From Azolla caroliniana (taxonomy: Eukaryota > Plantae > Polypodiophyta): a DNA stretch of 64,000 nt. Each line of letters begins with the position of its first letter. Positions within the stretch are counted from its first letter, which is position 1. Position numbers and translations under genes: made by a program. The stretch lies in assembly GCA_043228905.1 (NCBI GenBank), contig JBHGNT010000010.1:11656001-11720000 (forward strand). The letters run 5' to 3'. The notes beneath the pieces are model-generated. The model had not been told where the DNA came from. It did not search any database and saw only the letters and a program-made list of their open reading frames with translations. This document shows, one piece after another, positions 1-12,029 of this stretch.

Positions 1-411
1 TGTCGGAGCTGAAGCTTCCTGGCTGTGGTGCTCGCGGCGAAGATCTTCTTCATATTTTCCCACGCACCCTTTGGCGTTTTTGCATCCCGAATGTAGCTTA
101 ATAGCTGTTCGCCCACACAAGACGCGAAACAGTACAACACTCTGCTTGCCGATTATTCCCACGCTGGGAAGTCTTTGTGTGTCGAATCGGGTGCTGTGTC
201 ATTTGCTCCATCGACATAGCTCTAGTAACCGTGTCTGAGCAGGTACTGGTGCATCTTGTAAGACCAAGATGTGTAGTTGTTTCTGTCGAGCTTCTCCGTC
301 GGAAGCGAGCTAGCCATGCCTCTGTCCATCGGTTTTGTTGTTCTTCTTCGTTGGTTTTCCCTTCAAGTAAAGTCGGCTGCAGAGGTTCTCAACCCTCACG
401 CTCTGATACCA
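1..411 (-). pseudogene. gag: Ty1/Copia 5' internal region: tRNA-iMet PBS (401-411) and start of gag, runs off window
   Basis: CTCTGATACCA is the reverse complement of TGGTATCAGAG. The minus strand reads SSLPTEKLDRNNYTSWSYKMHQYLL, as in the gag near 21430 and 49728. Confidence 0.85.
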
Positions 412-500
412 TGAAAAGAGTGTCATGTGGAAGCAATATAGGAGACAAAACAACAGAAGACGCAAGTTTAATGGAAAGCTTGGGTTTGCATAGTACGCAC

Positions 501-549
<49 letters not shown>

Positions 550-842
550 AGCACAAGAACTTAATTCAAAAATAATACTCAATCTGTACATAGGATGTGC
601 TCAGTGAGCACTTTTATACAAGCCCTGACAATCGGGCTGACACAAGTACTGACAGTACTTGATTGCTCATAAATGAGCCTCGACACTTACTCCCAAAACT
701 ATTCCTTACGAGGAATATCTTTCAAAAGGCCTCGCGGTTTATGCACCGCTACGACCATGTTATGCGTACCGAGTTTACGCACCCAATTTACGCACTAGTT
801 ACGCATCGTATTACGCACAAATGTTGAGCTTGTCTCTCAACA
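412..842 (-). mobile_element. Copia 5' LTR containing a (GA)n microsatellite (~505-546)
   Basis: TG...CA ends, abuts the PBS, similar to LTRs at 870, 4187 and 14540. Confidence 0.8.
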
Positions 843-1299
843 GTTCTCAACCCTCGTGCTCTGATACCATGTAAAGAATACGCTTGCGGAAGCTAAAACA
901 AACCAACATTATCGGATAGCAATAGAACGCAGACGCAAGTTTAATGGAATCTTGAGATTACACAGTATACAAGGGAGAGACAGAGAGAGCAGAACATAAA
1001 CTGTATTCAAAATAATAGCACTTTGTACATAGAATGTGCTCAGAGAGCACTTTTATACATGTTCATTTAAGGACTAACAGAAGTACTGACAAGGTACTTC
1101 AATGCTCATACGAGCGATTGGCATTGACTCCCAAAAATATGCATACGTATTAGGCTAGATTCGTAGGCCTCCAACGGCCTACCAGTTACAATCTGATCCG
1201 GCTTCTGGTTCCGGATACCATCCTAACACCGATCCGGATACCGATTCGGCTCTGGCTTATTCAGCCGATCCAGATCTGGTTGAGCTTACTCTCTCAACA
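843..1299 (-). mobile_element. Second related Copia LTR (870-1299) with its own PBS and short leader (843-869)
   Basis: GTTCTCAACCCTCGTGCTCTGATACCA followed by TG...CTCTCAACA; same architecture as 385-842. Confidence 0.8.
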
Positions 1300-2794
1300 T
1301 GTCGTATGCGTAAGAGGTCAATTTCTGAATTGTGTATTACGTTCACCCTTGTCTTGCATGTTTCGTGTGCGTAGAGGCTATATGCCTCGATTACGTATCT
1401 TGATTACATCATTCGTTGGCTATGTTATGTTACAATTTTTTTAATATATGCATACATAATCTATCATTTGTATACATATTTAATCGTATACATGTGATAA
1501 CCATGAATATGTGTATATTAGTGTTTATTACGTGATTTTGGAATATCAAATGTTGTCCTTTTTGGGTAAAGGATCTTGGTCTCCATCCTCACATTTTTTG
1601 TGAGAAAGGCGTAGTCACCATCCTTTAAACTTTTTTTTTTTGGTTATTCCCCTTGGTCACCTCAATTTCGCTACATGTTAGAATGAAACGAGCATAACCA
1701 CAATGATGTTGTGAGCATAAGGGCTTGATCCACTTCATGTGAGGTCACCTGTATGACACATGCATCCAACATTGCTCACCCGTTACATGGTTACGATGTC
1801 ACCATGAGATCATCATTACGGAAGGCATTTGTAAGGATGTAACCATGTGATGGGCAATGTGGGCCTACTACAAGAAGAGGGCTCTTGTGGCTTGACAATT
1901 ACATTGCACTTTGGGGTATGTCATCGTAATGATGAGACTTGAGGTTGGGTAACGTACCGATATAGTTTTCTTGTTAACGAAGGGGGAATAAGGTTTCTAG
2001 AAACATATGTTTTCTTTTAAAAAACATATATGGGAAAATGCCTTCACATATCTCTCATACGCATAAAACATAAACATTCCATACGAGCAACCTATTTGGT
2101 TAGCTCAAGTGTTTAATGTATTTGTTCTTGGGGTTTCGAGTTCAAATATGATCAAGACCATACAACATTATTGATACATATGACTATAAAACATGTTTAG
2201 ACTTTAGGTCTACGTGCACTTCGGGGTCCTTGTAATAGAACTTAAAGAGCCAAAAGCACATGGGTGGGCACAAAGACATAGTTTATTGTTAACATTTTTT
2301 CGTGTATAAACTATTCATGACGCAAACATACATGGTTGAGCCCTAGGGAGCCGCGATGAAAAAATCGATATAGAGATCAGGGAAAGACATTCATTTGCCA
2401 CCCCCATGGTTTTTAAAACACCTTTGTGTTACCATAGTAACCTAATCTTGAACCTCATTTCATACGTCTAGAGGGGTATTGACGTGAGATCATGACCTGA
2501 TCATGATATCGATTAATGTTTTCCCATGATATGTTTACATCATGACATGACGTTATGACTATTTGTTTGACCTTATCCTATTTCTTATCTGCCCAAGCGG
2601 AAGGAATTCAAAGAAATCCTCTTGGGCCAATCCCCATTGAGTTGTATTTTTTACAAATACAAAATTTCCTTAATTTTACCTTGCACGAGATTTCTGAATT
2701 TCGGCAATCTCATATGCTCTCAAGGCACGTGTCATTAGTATACAACGTGATACTAATAGACCCAAAGAACTTAAAGGTGAACTATCGTTTGTCG

Positions 2795-2930
2795 TAAAGC
2801 CATTTACGGGAGAAAAAAAAGAAAGAACCGAAGAAGCAATCTCCACGTGGCTGGGCTGATGGGAGTCTCATTTTGAGCTCTATCCCAAGCCAGATAGTAC
2901 GAAGATTGCATATGTTAGTCGAGAACTAGG
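2795..2930 (+). pseudogene. Possible degenerate retrotransposon gag fragment
   Basis: Reads PFTGEKKERTEEAISTWLG*WESHFELYP...KIAY, resembling the gag N-terminal F.G...W...E pattern. Confidence 0.35.
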
Positions 2931-3043
2931 CGTTACCTATTTATAACGTAAACAATCATCATCAACGCCTTAACCCAAAAGGTTTTTGACAACTTAGCAT
3001 GTGGCCGTATACATTAGACTCTCTATATCACAGTCCAATCCAG

Positions 3044-3903
3044 TTTAGTTTTTTTGTCTTTGGCACTATATATTCGAGCCAAATACCTTCTGATCGGCAA
3101 TATTCTTCAAACTACCCTTTATACTCCCCTCCATTCTCTATTCGGATGGCCTTCAACTTTCATCCGGATTCCCTTTCTGCCCTTGCCTGGAACTCTTTAG
3201 TTTTTTTGTCTTTGGCACTATATATTCGAGCCAAATACCTCCTAATCGGCAATATTCTTCAAACTACCCTTTATACCCCCCTCCATTGTCTATCCGGATG
3301 GCCTTCAGCTTTCATCCGGATTCCCTTTCTATCCTTGCCTGGAACTCTTTGAAGTTGGACAACAATTGGTCCTTTTTCTTAAGCACGAAAGTCCAGTTAT
3401 AGTCATCTATGAAGGTCACAAAATATTGTGCACCGACATGCAACTTTGCATCCACATAGCATACGTATGTATGCACGAGTTCTAAAGCATTCTTCCTCCT
3501 CACCGGAGGTGTAGGGCGAAAGGTGGCCTTGTTCTACTTACTGGCTAGGGAGTTCACGCACTTATCTAGATGCACTTTCTTCCCCTCCAGTAGTTCTCTT
3601 TTGGTTAGCATCTGCATGCCCTTTTGACTCATGTGGCACAACCTCTTATGCTACAGCTCTCTAGTTGTGTCGACCATCACATTTGCCTCGTTCTGGGTTA
3701 ACCGTGCATGCATCACATATAATATATTTTGCTTCCAGGCACGAGCCACAATCAAGTGCCCTCTGCAGAATTTCCATGTGCCATTTCGGAAGTTACCATT
3801 GTAACCTTTGTCATCGAGCCGTCCGGCTGAATCTGATATCGGAACATGATGAACATCATTCAACATCATACATTTCCGATTCCGATGATCTTGCATGCAC
3901 TGT
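3044..3903 (-). pseudogene. pol: Copia pol fragment (protease end, GAG-pre-integrase, integrase start) with a ~152-bp tandem duplication
   Basis: LELVHTYVC...YFVTFIDDY; KLKAIR.DNGGEY-like motif present twice (3044-3195, 3196-3347). Confidence 0.75.
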
Positions 3904-4186
3904 TGTTAGCCGGTTGAATCGACCAAGCTAGACAAGTATATGGGTCGACAAACTAGTACAATAACAGTCGAAATAGTTGTCGTAATCATAGCTAATGAGT
4001 GTGAAAATAGATAGTTGAAAATTATTATCGCCAAGTAGAAAAAGTAGGACAATTAGTTGTAACCGTAGGTTCTTGCCGAATGGCAATTGTAGAGTCTTCG
4101 TAAGGTCTCTTAGGTCACCTATAAAAAGGGGCCCGAGAGCATTGTAACAACATCGGTATGTATTGCTATAAGTTTAATAGAATTTT

Positions 4187-4626
4187 TGTTGAGTGAGCAA
4201 GCTCAACGTGGGCCGGATCGAGTGAAGACCGATTGGCTAGGCTCAAATCGGATCGGGAACCGGATCGATGAGCAGATCCGTGCGGAGTCGATAGGCCATT
4301 AGAGGCCTACGATCCTAGATTACTGGGAAGTTATATTCCTAGGAATTAGTGTCAGTAGCTCAGTTATGTGCATTGAAGTACTTGTCAGTACTTCTTACCG
4401 TCCCTTATGGACTTGTATAAAAGTGCTCACTCAGCACATTTGTATGTATAGAGTGTTATTTTTGAAATCACGTTTTTTTAGTGCTCTCTCTCTATCTTTG
4501 TCTCTGTCTCTATCTCTCTCGTACACTGTATTTTCTGTGTGTTCTCCATTGTTCTTTGAGTTTTCTGTTGTTGTCTGGTTGAGCCGATTGTGTCAGTTTT
4601 TTAGCTTCCGCACACTAATCTTCACA
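4187..4626 (+). mobile_element. Copia solo LTR inserted in the LTR of element C
   Basis: TG...CA ends, perfect TSD ATTTT (4182-4186 / 4627-4631), similar to the reverse complement of 870-1299. Confidence 0.88.
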
Positions 4627-5849
4627 ATTTTTGTTAGTTAGAGTATATTTTGTGTCTCTACCATTCATAATTCTCTTATTCGGATTACCTGTAACAAATA
4701 GTATATGGTAATTCGATGTATGTGTGTATGTTTAATTGTGTTTAAGCAATCATTAAGCATAGTTGACTGACTCCAATCTCCAACCATAATCCCATTGATA
4801 GAACGACTCGATAAGTAAGTCGTTCGACCCTTTGTGTCTGTCGACCAAGAAAACACAATATTTTGGCATGCCTGGTTACATCTCTTACAAACAAAGAGCA
4901 AAGGAGAATGATTGTCGCCTCATCAACCTAGTACACAAGAGCCTACAGGAAGCAGACGACCACACATGCGATCAGAGAGCTGACATGCACAAGAAGATAA
5001 TTCAACTAACTTGGAGTTGGTCAACCATATCCAACAGGGGACTGAAGAGGAATTAAGAGTAATTCCTGAGTTATTAAACGATAGTAGTAGTTTAGATGGG
5101 GAGTTGTTCGACCAACACCAACACCTACTTGATTTGGTGGGACTTTCAGGCCCGGGGAAGATACAATGTCGTACCCCTATCCTAAATACAATGATGAAGC
5201 AGATGCAGAAGTGCACAGGCTCGCTTTCCTCACGACATGGCAAGCTAACCATGTCTCATAGAGACTGTTAGAAGCGAATGCTAACAAATCAAAGATAGCA
5301 GAATTCAGATTGTCGCTAGAAGGGCAATCAACGAATTGGTACTCACAACATGAAGAGGGTGAGTTTGAGTCATTTAAGCAATTAATTAGTAAATTTATCA
5401 GATTATTTTATCGGCAAATTCCAAAGAGGGAACTCATGAGCCAATTCTATGCGGCTTACCAAGAAGCTCATGAAACAATTCCACAATTCACCATTCGGTT
5501 TCAAAATCTTCGGAGGAAGTACGCACGACCCCCTCCTGAAGAAGATGTGAAGGATAATTTTTTATCGGCACTCCGAGAGCCACACCAGACAACATTAGCC
5601 GTTTTCGATTTTAAGGAACAATCATTAGAGTAGGTGATTGACAAAACGCTCATAATGGATAAAACACAAACAAGCAATAGTATGTCTATGACATCACTAC
5701 AAAAATCATTACCAAGTCCGGAGGAATTAAGGTTTCGACAAGAAATTCAATGCATGACATGCTTGAATACAGGGCATTCTACAATAGAATGAACAGTACA
5801 AACACATTGTCCAATTTTCCATTCGAAGGCACACACAATCGACCAGCGT

Positions 5850-6936
5850 TGTCGTGAAGTACGAAAGTTTAACATTAAAAGTATACAAAAAGATAAATAC
5901 GTAACTAAAATAAAATATATCTTGATATTGTTTTATAACTTGGTAATATTAAAAACACACGATGATAATATTATACATTATATGTAGAGGCAAATAAAAA
6001 TAATATATATTATATTACATGGACGAGGACTTGAGCCAATAACCCCTACCTTATAACACTCAAACCTTACCATTTAGCCTATACTGATCATTTACGACAG
6101 GTTATTTTCGTTGTTTTATTTGAAGTAGTATTTTATAGTCTAAACCATGTAATATACTACATGCACAACATATAGCATATTACATGGGCAAAAGAGGACT
6201 TGAACCAACAACCCCAACCTTATGGCATTCAAATCTTACCATTTAGCCTATACTTGTGATGTATGTAAAATATATATATGTTGCACTATTGTATGGTTTA
6301 AACCATGAAATGTACTACATGTGCACCATATAGCACACATGCAAGAGCCTCTTTGCATGTGCACCACATCGCCCAAATGTAGAACCATCTCTTTCCTATA
6401 AAAGGAGAAGGCAGTGTAGTCACAAGGATATCAAGGAATCAATCAATCATATTGAATAGAATTATTGTATGGAATTGAGTGAAATTATATTGTAAGAGAT
6501 ATCATAAGAGAGAAAGAGGGAGAGAAGGTAAAAGTTATATACAATGTTCAAAAGACAAGAGAAGAACTAGCTTGGCGGCGGTGGTGCTCAACTCGCAACA
6601 AAAAGGCGGAGGTTCGAGTTTTATCCTCATCGAAAGATAGAAGGGAAAATAGTGGTCTACTATCAAGAAAGAGAAGAGTGACTACCTTGTGAGACAAAGT
6701 TCGATGGTTCAACGACGCCCGCAACAATTTTATAACTCTCTCATGAAATAATTATAAATTTCTTACATTCCCTCAATTATCATTTTACATCCTATCTTGT
6801 CATATCTTGTTGGTCACTATTTATCTATTTCTACTCTTCCGTTTCTTCCATCCAAAATCCCAGCGCTTCCTTCCTCACTTTCATGTTATCTTCTGACGAC
6901 GCAACACTATGGTTCTAGGCGAGCCACGCCACGACA
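5850..6936 (+). mobile_element. Solo LTR with TGTCG...CGACA termini inserted in gag of element C
   Basis: Host frame HTIDQ-R-EYNLLNK rejoins on removal; 4-bp TSD GCGT/ACGT (1 mismatch); termini match LTRs at 32103 and 50604. Confidence 0.8.
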
Positions 6937-7520
6937 ACGTGAATATAATCTCTTGAACAAAGTTGCAGCTCCAGTAAGGCAGATAGAACCACATGATGAC
7001 CGCGCCGATGACAAAAATCGGCAAATCACACCATTTTCGATAAAACGATTGACCAAGATATGAGGATCGTTTTCGATCTGGCGATCGTAATTGATGGGAT
7101 GATTATAGAAGGAATGAGTGTCACGACGATTATCGAAGAGATAATGATCTCCAAGAATATTACAGAAGGGACAATCGTCACAAATATGACCATGATTACT
7201 CACCTCGCTATGATAGAAATGATCGACATTCATACAAAGGATCAAGACATCATGAGGACATACGCTATTACGATCAACAAAGGAATGATGACAATCGACA
7301 AACTAATCGTCTATTCCCAAGAAGTGACGAACGTAGAGATGACAATAGACAACCAAAGTCATCCAAGTAGTTTCAATATAACCCTCGAGTTCAACAGGAA
7401 CCAGAACCACAAGATTTTCGATAATCCTATTTCGAAAAAAGGGAATCTAGTGGGCAGACTGAACCTATCTGCTATATCTCCAAGAAGGATAGTCATTATG
7501 AAAATGAATGTTCGACAAAG

Positions 7521-7826
7521 TGTTGAGTAGACAAGCTCAACCGGATCCGGAACGGAGAATCGGATAGGTATCCAGATTGATATCTAGAACCAAGAGCCAG
7601 ATCAGATTGTAACCGGTAGGCCATTAGAGGCCTACAATATTAGCCTAGTATGTAGGCATATTCCTTGGAGTTAGTGTTAGTCGCTCATATGAGCATTGAA
7701 GTACTTGTCAGTACTTCAGTCAGTTCTTGATGGACTTGTATAAAAGGTGTTTCTCAGGACATTGTACATATATAGAATGTTATTATTTTGAATTAAGTTT
7801 CGTTTTGTTGTGCTCCTCTCTCTCTC
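7521..7826 (+). mobile_element. Truncated Copia LTR, cut by the LINE tail
   Basis: TGTTGAGTAGACAAGCTCAACC start, similar to 4187-4626 and to the reverse complement of 870-1299. Confidence 0.75.
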
Positions 7827-8759
7827 TTTTATTTTTATTTTTTCATAAATGTATGTTTATATTAGAACAACATGATAATACAAAAAAACCTTGCTATCAA
7901 AACTACGTCAAAGGTAGCGATGTGGCAAGGACAACCTTCTAAGGTGTTGCAATACAAAGCGACACAAATGTAACTCATTTGGGGACAAAGTTCCCATACA
8001 ACATAATTGTGAAAATTGCCAAATCAACTTTCCTCTTATTCTACATATCTATTGAGATACTCCAGAAAGCCCATCAAATAAGAAACCATTCCCCAAGTTC
8101 CAAATATACCACATGCCTAAATACTGCAAATAATCAAACACAAACTTATACTATGGGGATGGTAAAACTCTATCACCTTCAATGAAAACCCATTGAAAAG
8201 GTGAGAAAACATTTCCAGTTAATGACCCCCACAATTGTGATATACTTATCCATATACTTGTTACTCCTTGGGGCAAGACTAGCCCTAACACAGGGTGTCC
8301 CCCTAAGACACTTCCCCAAAGGGTGGTGCAAGTGGTGTAGGCGTAGACCGTGATACAAACATATTCCTATTTGGCTACTAACCGACATGGTTAAGGATCG
8401 TAATACACGCGTAAGATAGATTCTATTAAGCACAGAACGGTAATTAACGAAAGCTTCAAAGATTAAACAAGATGCAGAACAACAACACTTTCATTAATAA
8501 ACCGCTATCTAATTACAATCTAACTGGGTCCTTTTATAGGTCACTGGCTCTAGGTTACGAATCGGTGCCAACTGGCAACTGGCCACGAACCGGTCCGGAT
8601 CCCGATCAACATACCAATTCCGGGTCCGTCCGTTCGCTTCTCAAAATATAATAATTATAGTTAACAACTCCTGGTTCTAAAATAATTATCCCTTTCCCAT
8701 TCTAGACTTTATCCGGCTTTTAAGTCTTTGCCGGTCAACACATGGCACGCCCGTGGGAC

Positions 8760-11700
8760 AATACCTTGTACGTCGAATCCCACGGTTCGCCCTTCAATCT
8801 TCCTCCAAAATGTCCAGAATGCTCTGGTCCATGGGTTCTAAATGCTCATCGGGTAGCCGCTCTGTCGTCTATTGTTGCTGCTGCTCCCGCTCCTCCTCCT
8901 CCTGCTCTTGCTCTTGCTGCTCTGGTCTCTCCGGTTCCACTAGTCTCGAGGCTTCCGGTTCTGGTTCTGTTGGTTTAGGCTCCTCTTGCTGATGGTTTCC
9001 GGTGTGCAGGTTTTCATCCTTTGGCTGCTCCTCTAGAGTTTTGTTCGGCTGGCTTCCCCTAGTTCTGGCTTCATTCGGCGTCTGCTCTGAAGATTGCTCT
9101 TCATCACTGATATTGATCGCGGCAGTTCTTCTGGCCACCTCTTGCCGTCACCATTCTCGTTCATACCACTCAAACTAGAGTTGTGTATCCAATTGGTTGT
9201 CATCCAACTGTTCCACCAATCGCCTCACCACTGCCAATTGTTCCCCGGCTAATGATAAGAAGTTGTCCGACATTTCCTCCCTTATGGCTACAATGTTCTC
9301 CACATCCAGTTTATAGAAATCATTGTCGTCCTTCCTTCAGTTCTCCACATCCACTCTCAGCAATTGTAACTCCGTTGCCTGCTTAGCCCATTTAGACCAC
9401 CATTGAACCGAACTTTCTTCCACCAGTCTCTTCGTCCAGTTTCTCCATGTCAACACCAGATCACGGATTCGCCCCAACCCCATCTTCGACTTATTCTCCG
9501 CGGCCTGTTTTTCGTCTTTCAATTGTTTGATAAGGCATGTGATTGCCACTTCTTGGCTTTTGTAGTGCATGAACTGTGTCTGATAGGTAGTCTGAACTTT
9601 GTTCAGAGCCATTGTAGCACGTTCCTTTTCCTCATAGTGCTGCCGGGTCAGCTCCATCCGTTCTTTCACCACTTCCGCCAGTCTTTTTGCTGCTTCAGCC
9701 CCCTTCGACTGTTCCTCTACCAAGGCTGCCGCTGTCTAGTTAACCTCATCCCGAATTTCTCGTAACTTCTCCTGCTGCCGGTCACTTTCAGTGATCAATT
9801 TCTTGTGTTCCGCATCCAAATGTTTGTGATCCCGGTGCAACTGATCAAAGTCGTCCGTTTTTTGTTTCAGCCTTTGATTGATTAGAAGGCGAACATGGTC
9901 TTCCCCATCATTTTGTTGTTGGAGCTCTTCCTTGAGTCGCTCAATCTCTACTTCCGCCGAGCACCGTAGTTTGTCCTTTTCCTGTAGGAGTTTTTCTTTT
10001 TCTTCCTTTAGTTGGTCATATGCTTGATAACCTTTTCGCAGGCTTTCTTCGGCTCACTGGAGGCTTTCGGCTAATTTCTTTTGTTCTTCCTCCGTCGCCT
10101 TCTTCCATTCACGTTCTCTAGCCCTTAAGGCCTCTTGGGCTTCCAATTCTTCTTTCAGCGTGGTGAGTTCTTGTTCCTGTGCCTTATTCGTATCTGGGAC
10201 TATTTCAGTCACCGGGGTCTTATTATTCTGAACACTCACCGGTGCCACTGGTTCTAAATGTTTTGGTCCTTCGATGACCAGCTTAGCCGCCTCTTCTCTG
10301 GTCTTTTCAATTTCTTGTTCCATGCTCCGGATTCGCGACCAGGCCTTCCATTTCTTCTTCGGTTGTGGCGAGCAACCGGTCCACGTGTGCTCTTTCTTCT
10401 GCTTCTATGTGGCACACCACCCCGGCCACTTGTTCTCCTATCCACCATAGCCATTGGCTGCCGGTGCTTTGTTGCCGTGCCAGTTCTGGTCGTGGTGTGG
10501 CTTCCTCACTCGTCGGGAACCTATTCTGGGTAGTTAGCGGCAGTTCCTGTTCTTGCTGTTGCTGATGCGTCGGCGACACCGACAATGCAATCACTGGTTT
10601 TTGAACATCTGGTTCCGCTATTTCTTGCCGCACAAGTGCTTCTAACACCGGATCTGGTTGAACCGGTTTTGGCTCCTTCCTTGGCTGCGGCTCCTCGGGG
10701 CGGGGCTTTGGCATACTGTCCTTTACCGAACTTGATTCCTCCCCTTTGTGGCCCTCGTTGAGTGTCTGTTTGCGACGTAATAGGTGCTCGACAGGTTCTT
10801 CTTCCTGGTCCTTGTCGAGGGTTCCGCTATTGATTAACGCCGCCTAGGGGTCTTGCTCCAATTGTTGTTCCGATTGCTGTTTCGGCCGGCGCAACTTAAT
10901 TTTAAAGGGTCTCACCGGTGTTTCCACCGGTGTCTCCTTCTCTGCCGTATGCTTCCGACTAGGTTACTCCTTCACCTTCGGTGAGGAGCCGACCGCTTTC
11001 CATGTGATCGCTTGTTTAGTTAGGAGTTGCTGCCTTTTTGAAGATTGGTTGGGGGTTGATTAAGTCGGTCTCCCCCACTTCTTCGGCTGTATCGGCTCTA
11101 CCGGCGGCGCTAAAAGAGTGAGTCATTGCGCCACCGCCGTCCACATCTTCTTGCCATCCTTTACTGAGTCTATGGCTGCACTCAGATTGTCAGCGATGAT
11201 CACCGGACAATCCACCTGTACTCCCTCATAAGTCGCTATAATAAAACCGGCTCTATTCTTTGGCATAGCCGGGGGTCGAGGGTGTACATGCCCATACTCA
11301 TGAAGCTTCTCGGAATAGAGTGTCCTCACCGCCTTGTGTGCGGTACGCCTTGCTGGCCAGGGAGTACTCACCGTAGAACTTTGTGAGCATCTCCGGTGAA
11401 GGGTTTTCGATTGTGAATATTCCGCCCTCCGGTAAGCCGGTCATGGCGCGGATGGCCTCTTCTGTGATGACCTCCGTATCGATCTCCTACACGACTTTCT
11501 CCGCCTCGCCGTGCGGAGGTGCCTCGACGATTCTTAGGAGCCCTTCCAACTCGTGTTGCTTGAACCATTTCTTGGCCGCTTCTGAGAGTGCCATGTGTTC
11601 CATATCGTCGTCTGAGTATGTGGGACTTGGTAGAATTGGTACGTTTGTGCAATCTTCTTGCGTTTGTCTGATCATTCTTAATCACCTGTGTGCACTTAGT

Positions 11701-11800
11701 GCTCTGTTCTCACGAAATGAGAGGGACTCTGCGAGGCAGAGGTTTTGTGTCTCCATGCTTGGCGCCATTTCTCGATTCTTGCGCATGCACGTCGTGCACT
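8760..11800 (-). pseudogene. Extra 3' ORF of Gypsy A (coiled-coil protein), fragmented
   Basis: Fragments KKWFKQHELEGLLRIVEAPPH and MPKNRAGFIIATYE align by eye with ORF 53982-56639; E/K/Q-rich segments. Confidence 0.7.
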
Positions 11801-12029
11801 ATAATGGTAGTCGGTTGACACATGGTGTGCTTTTAAATAGGCTTTAATTAGCCACCAACCACACACCTTTTCAAAGTGCCCGTTTGCTCCTCGCCTATGC
11901 ATGATGTTTTTTTTTTTTTGATAATTAAGCATTAGTTCCAGTTATCTGGTAACACCGGCTCCTCTTGGTTGCTGGCCAATTGCTTGCCGCTTCTAGTTAC
12001 CGCGTCGGTCTCCACTCAATTGAATGAGT

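Larger units (their letters stand above)
3904..7520 (+). mobile_element. Truncated Gypsy element C: 5' LTR 3904-4855, PBS 4864-4876, decayed gag to 7520
   Basis: LTR start TGTTAGCCGG resembles the sense-strand LTR starts of A and B; TATA at ~4118; PBS TGGCATGCCTGGT; gag fragments (5310-5633 and others) homologous to ORF 59146-62316. Confidence 0.8.

Noticed and set aside
177-591. ER- and SL-repeat ORFs
   Set aside because: Translations of the (GA)n microsatellite in an LTR.
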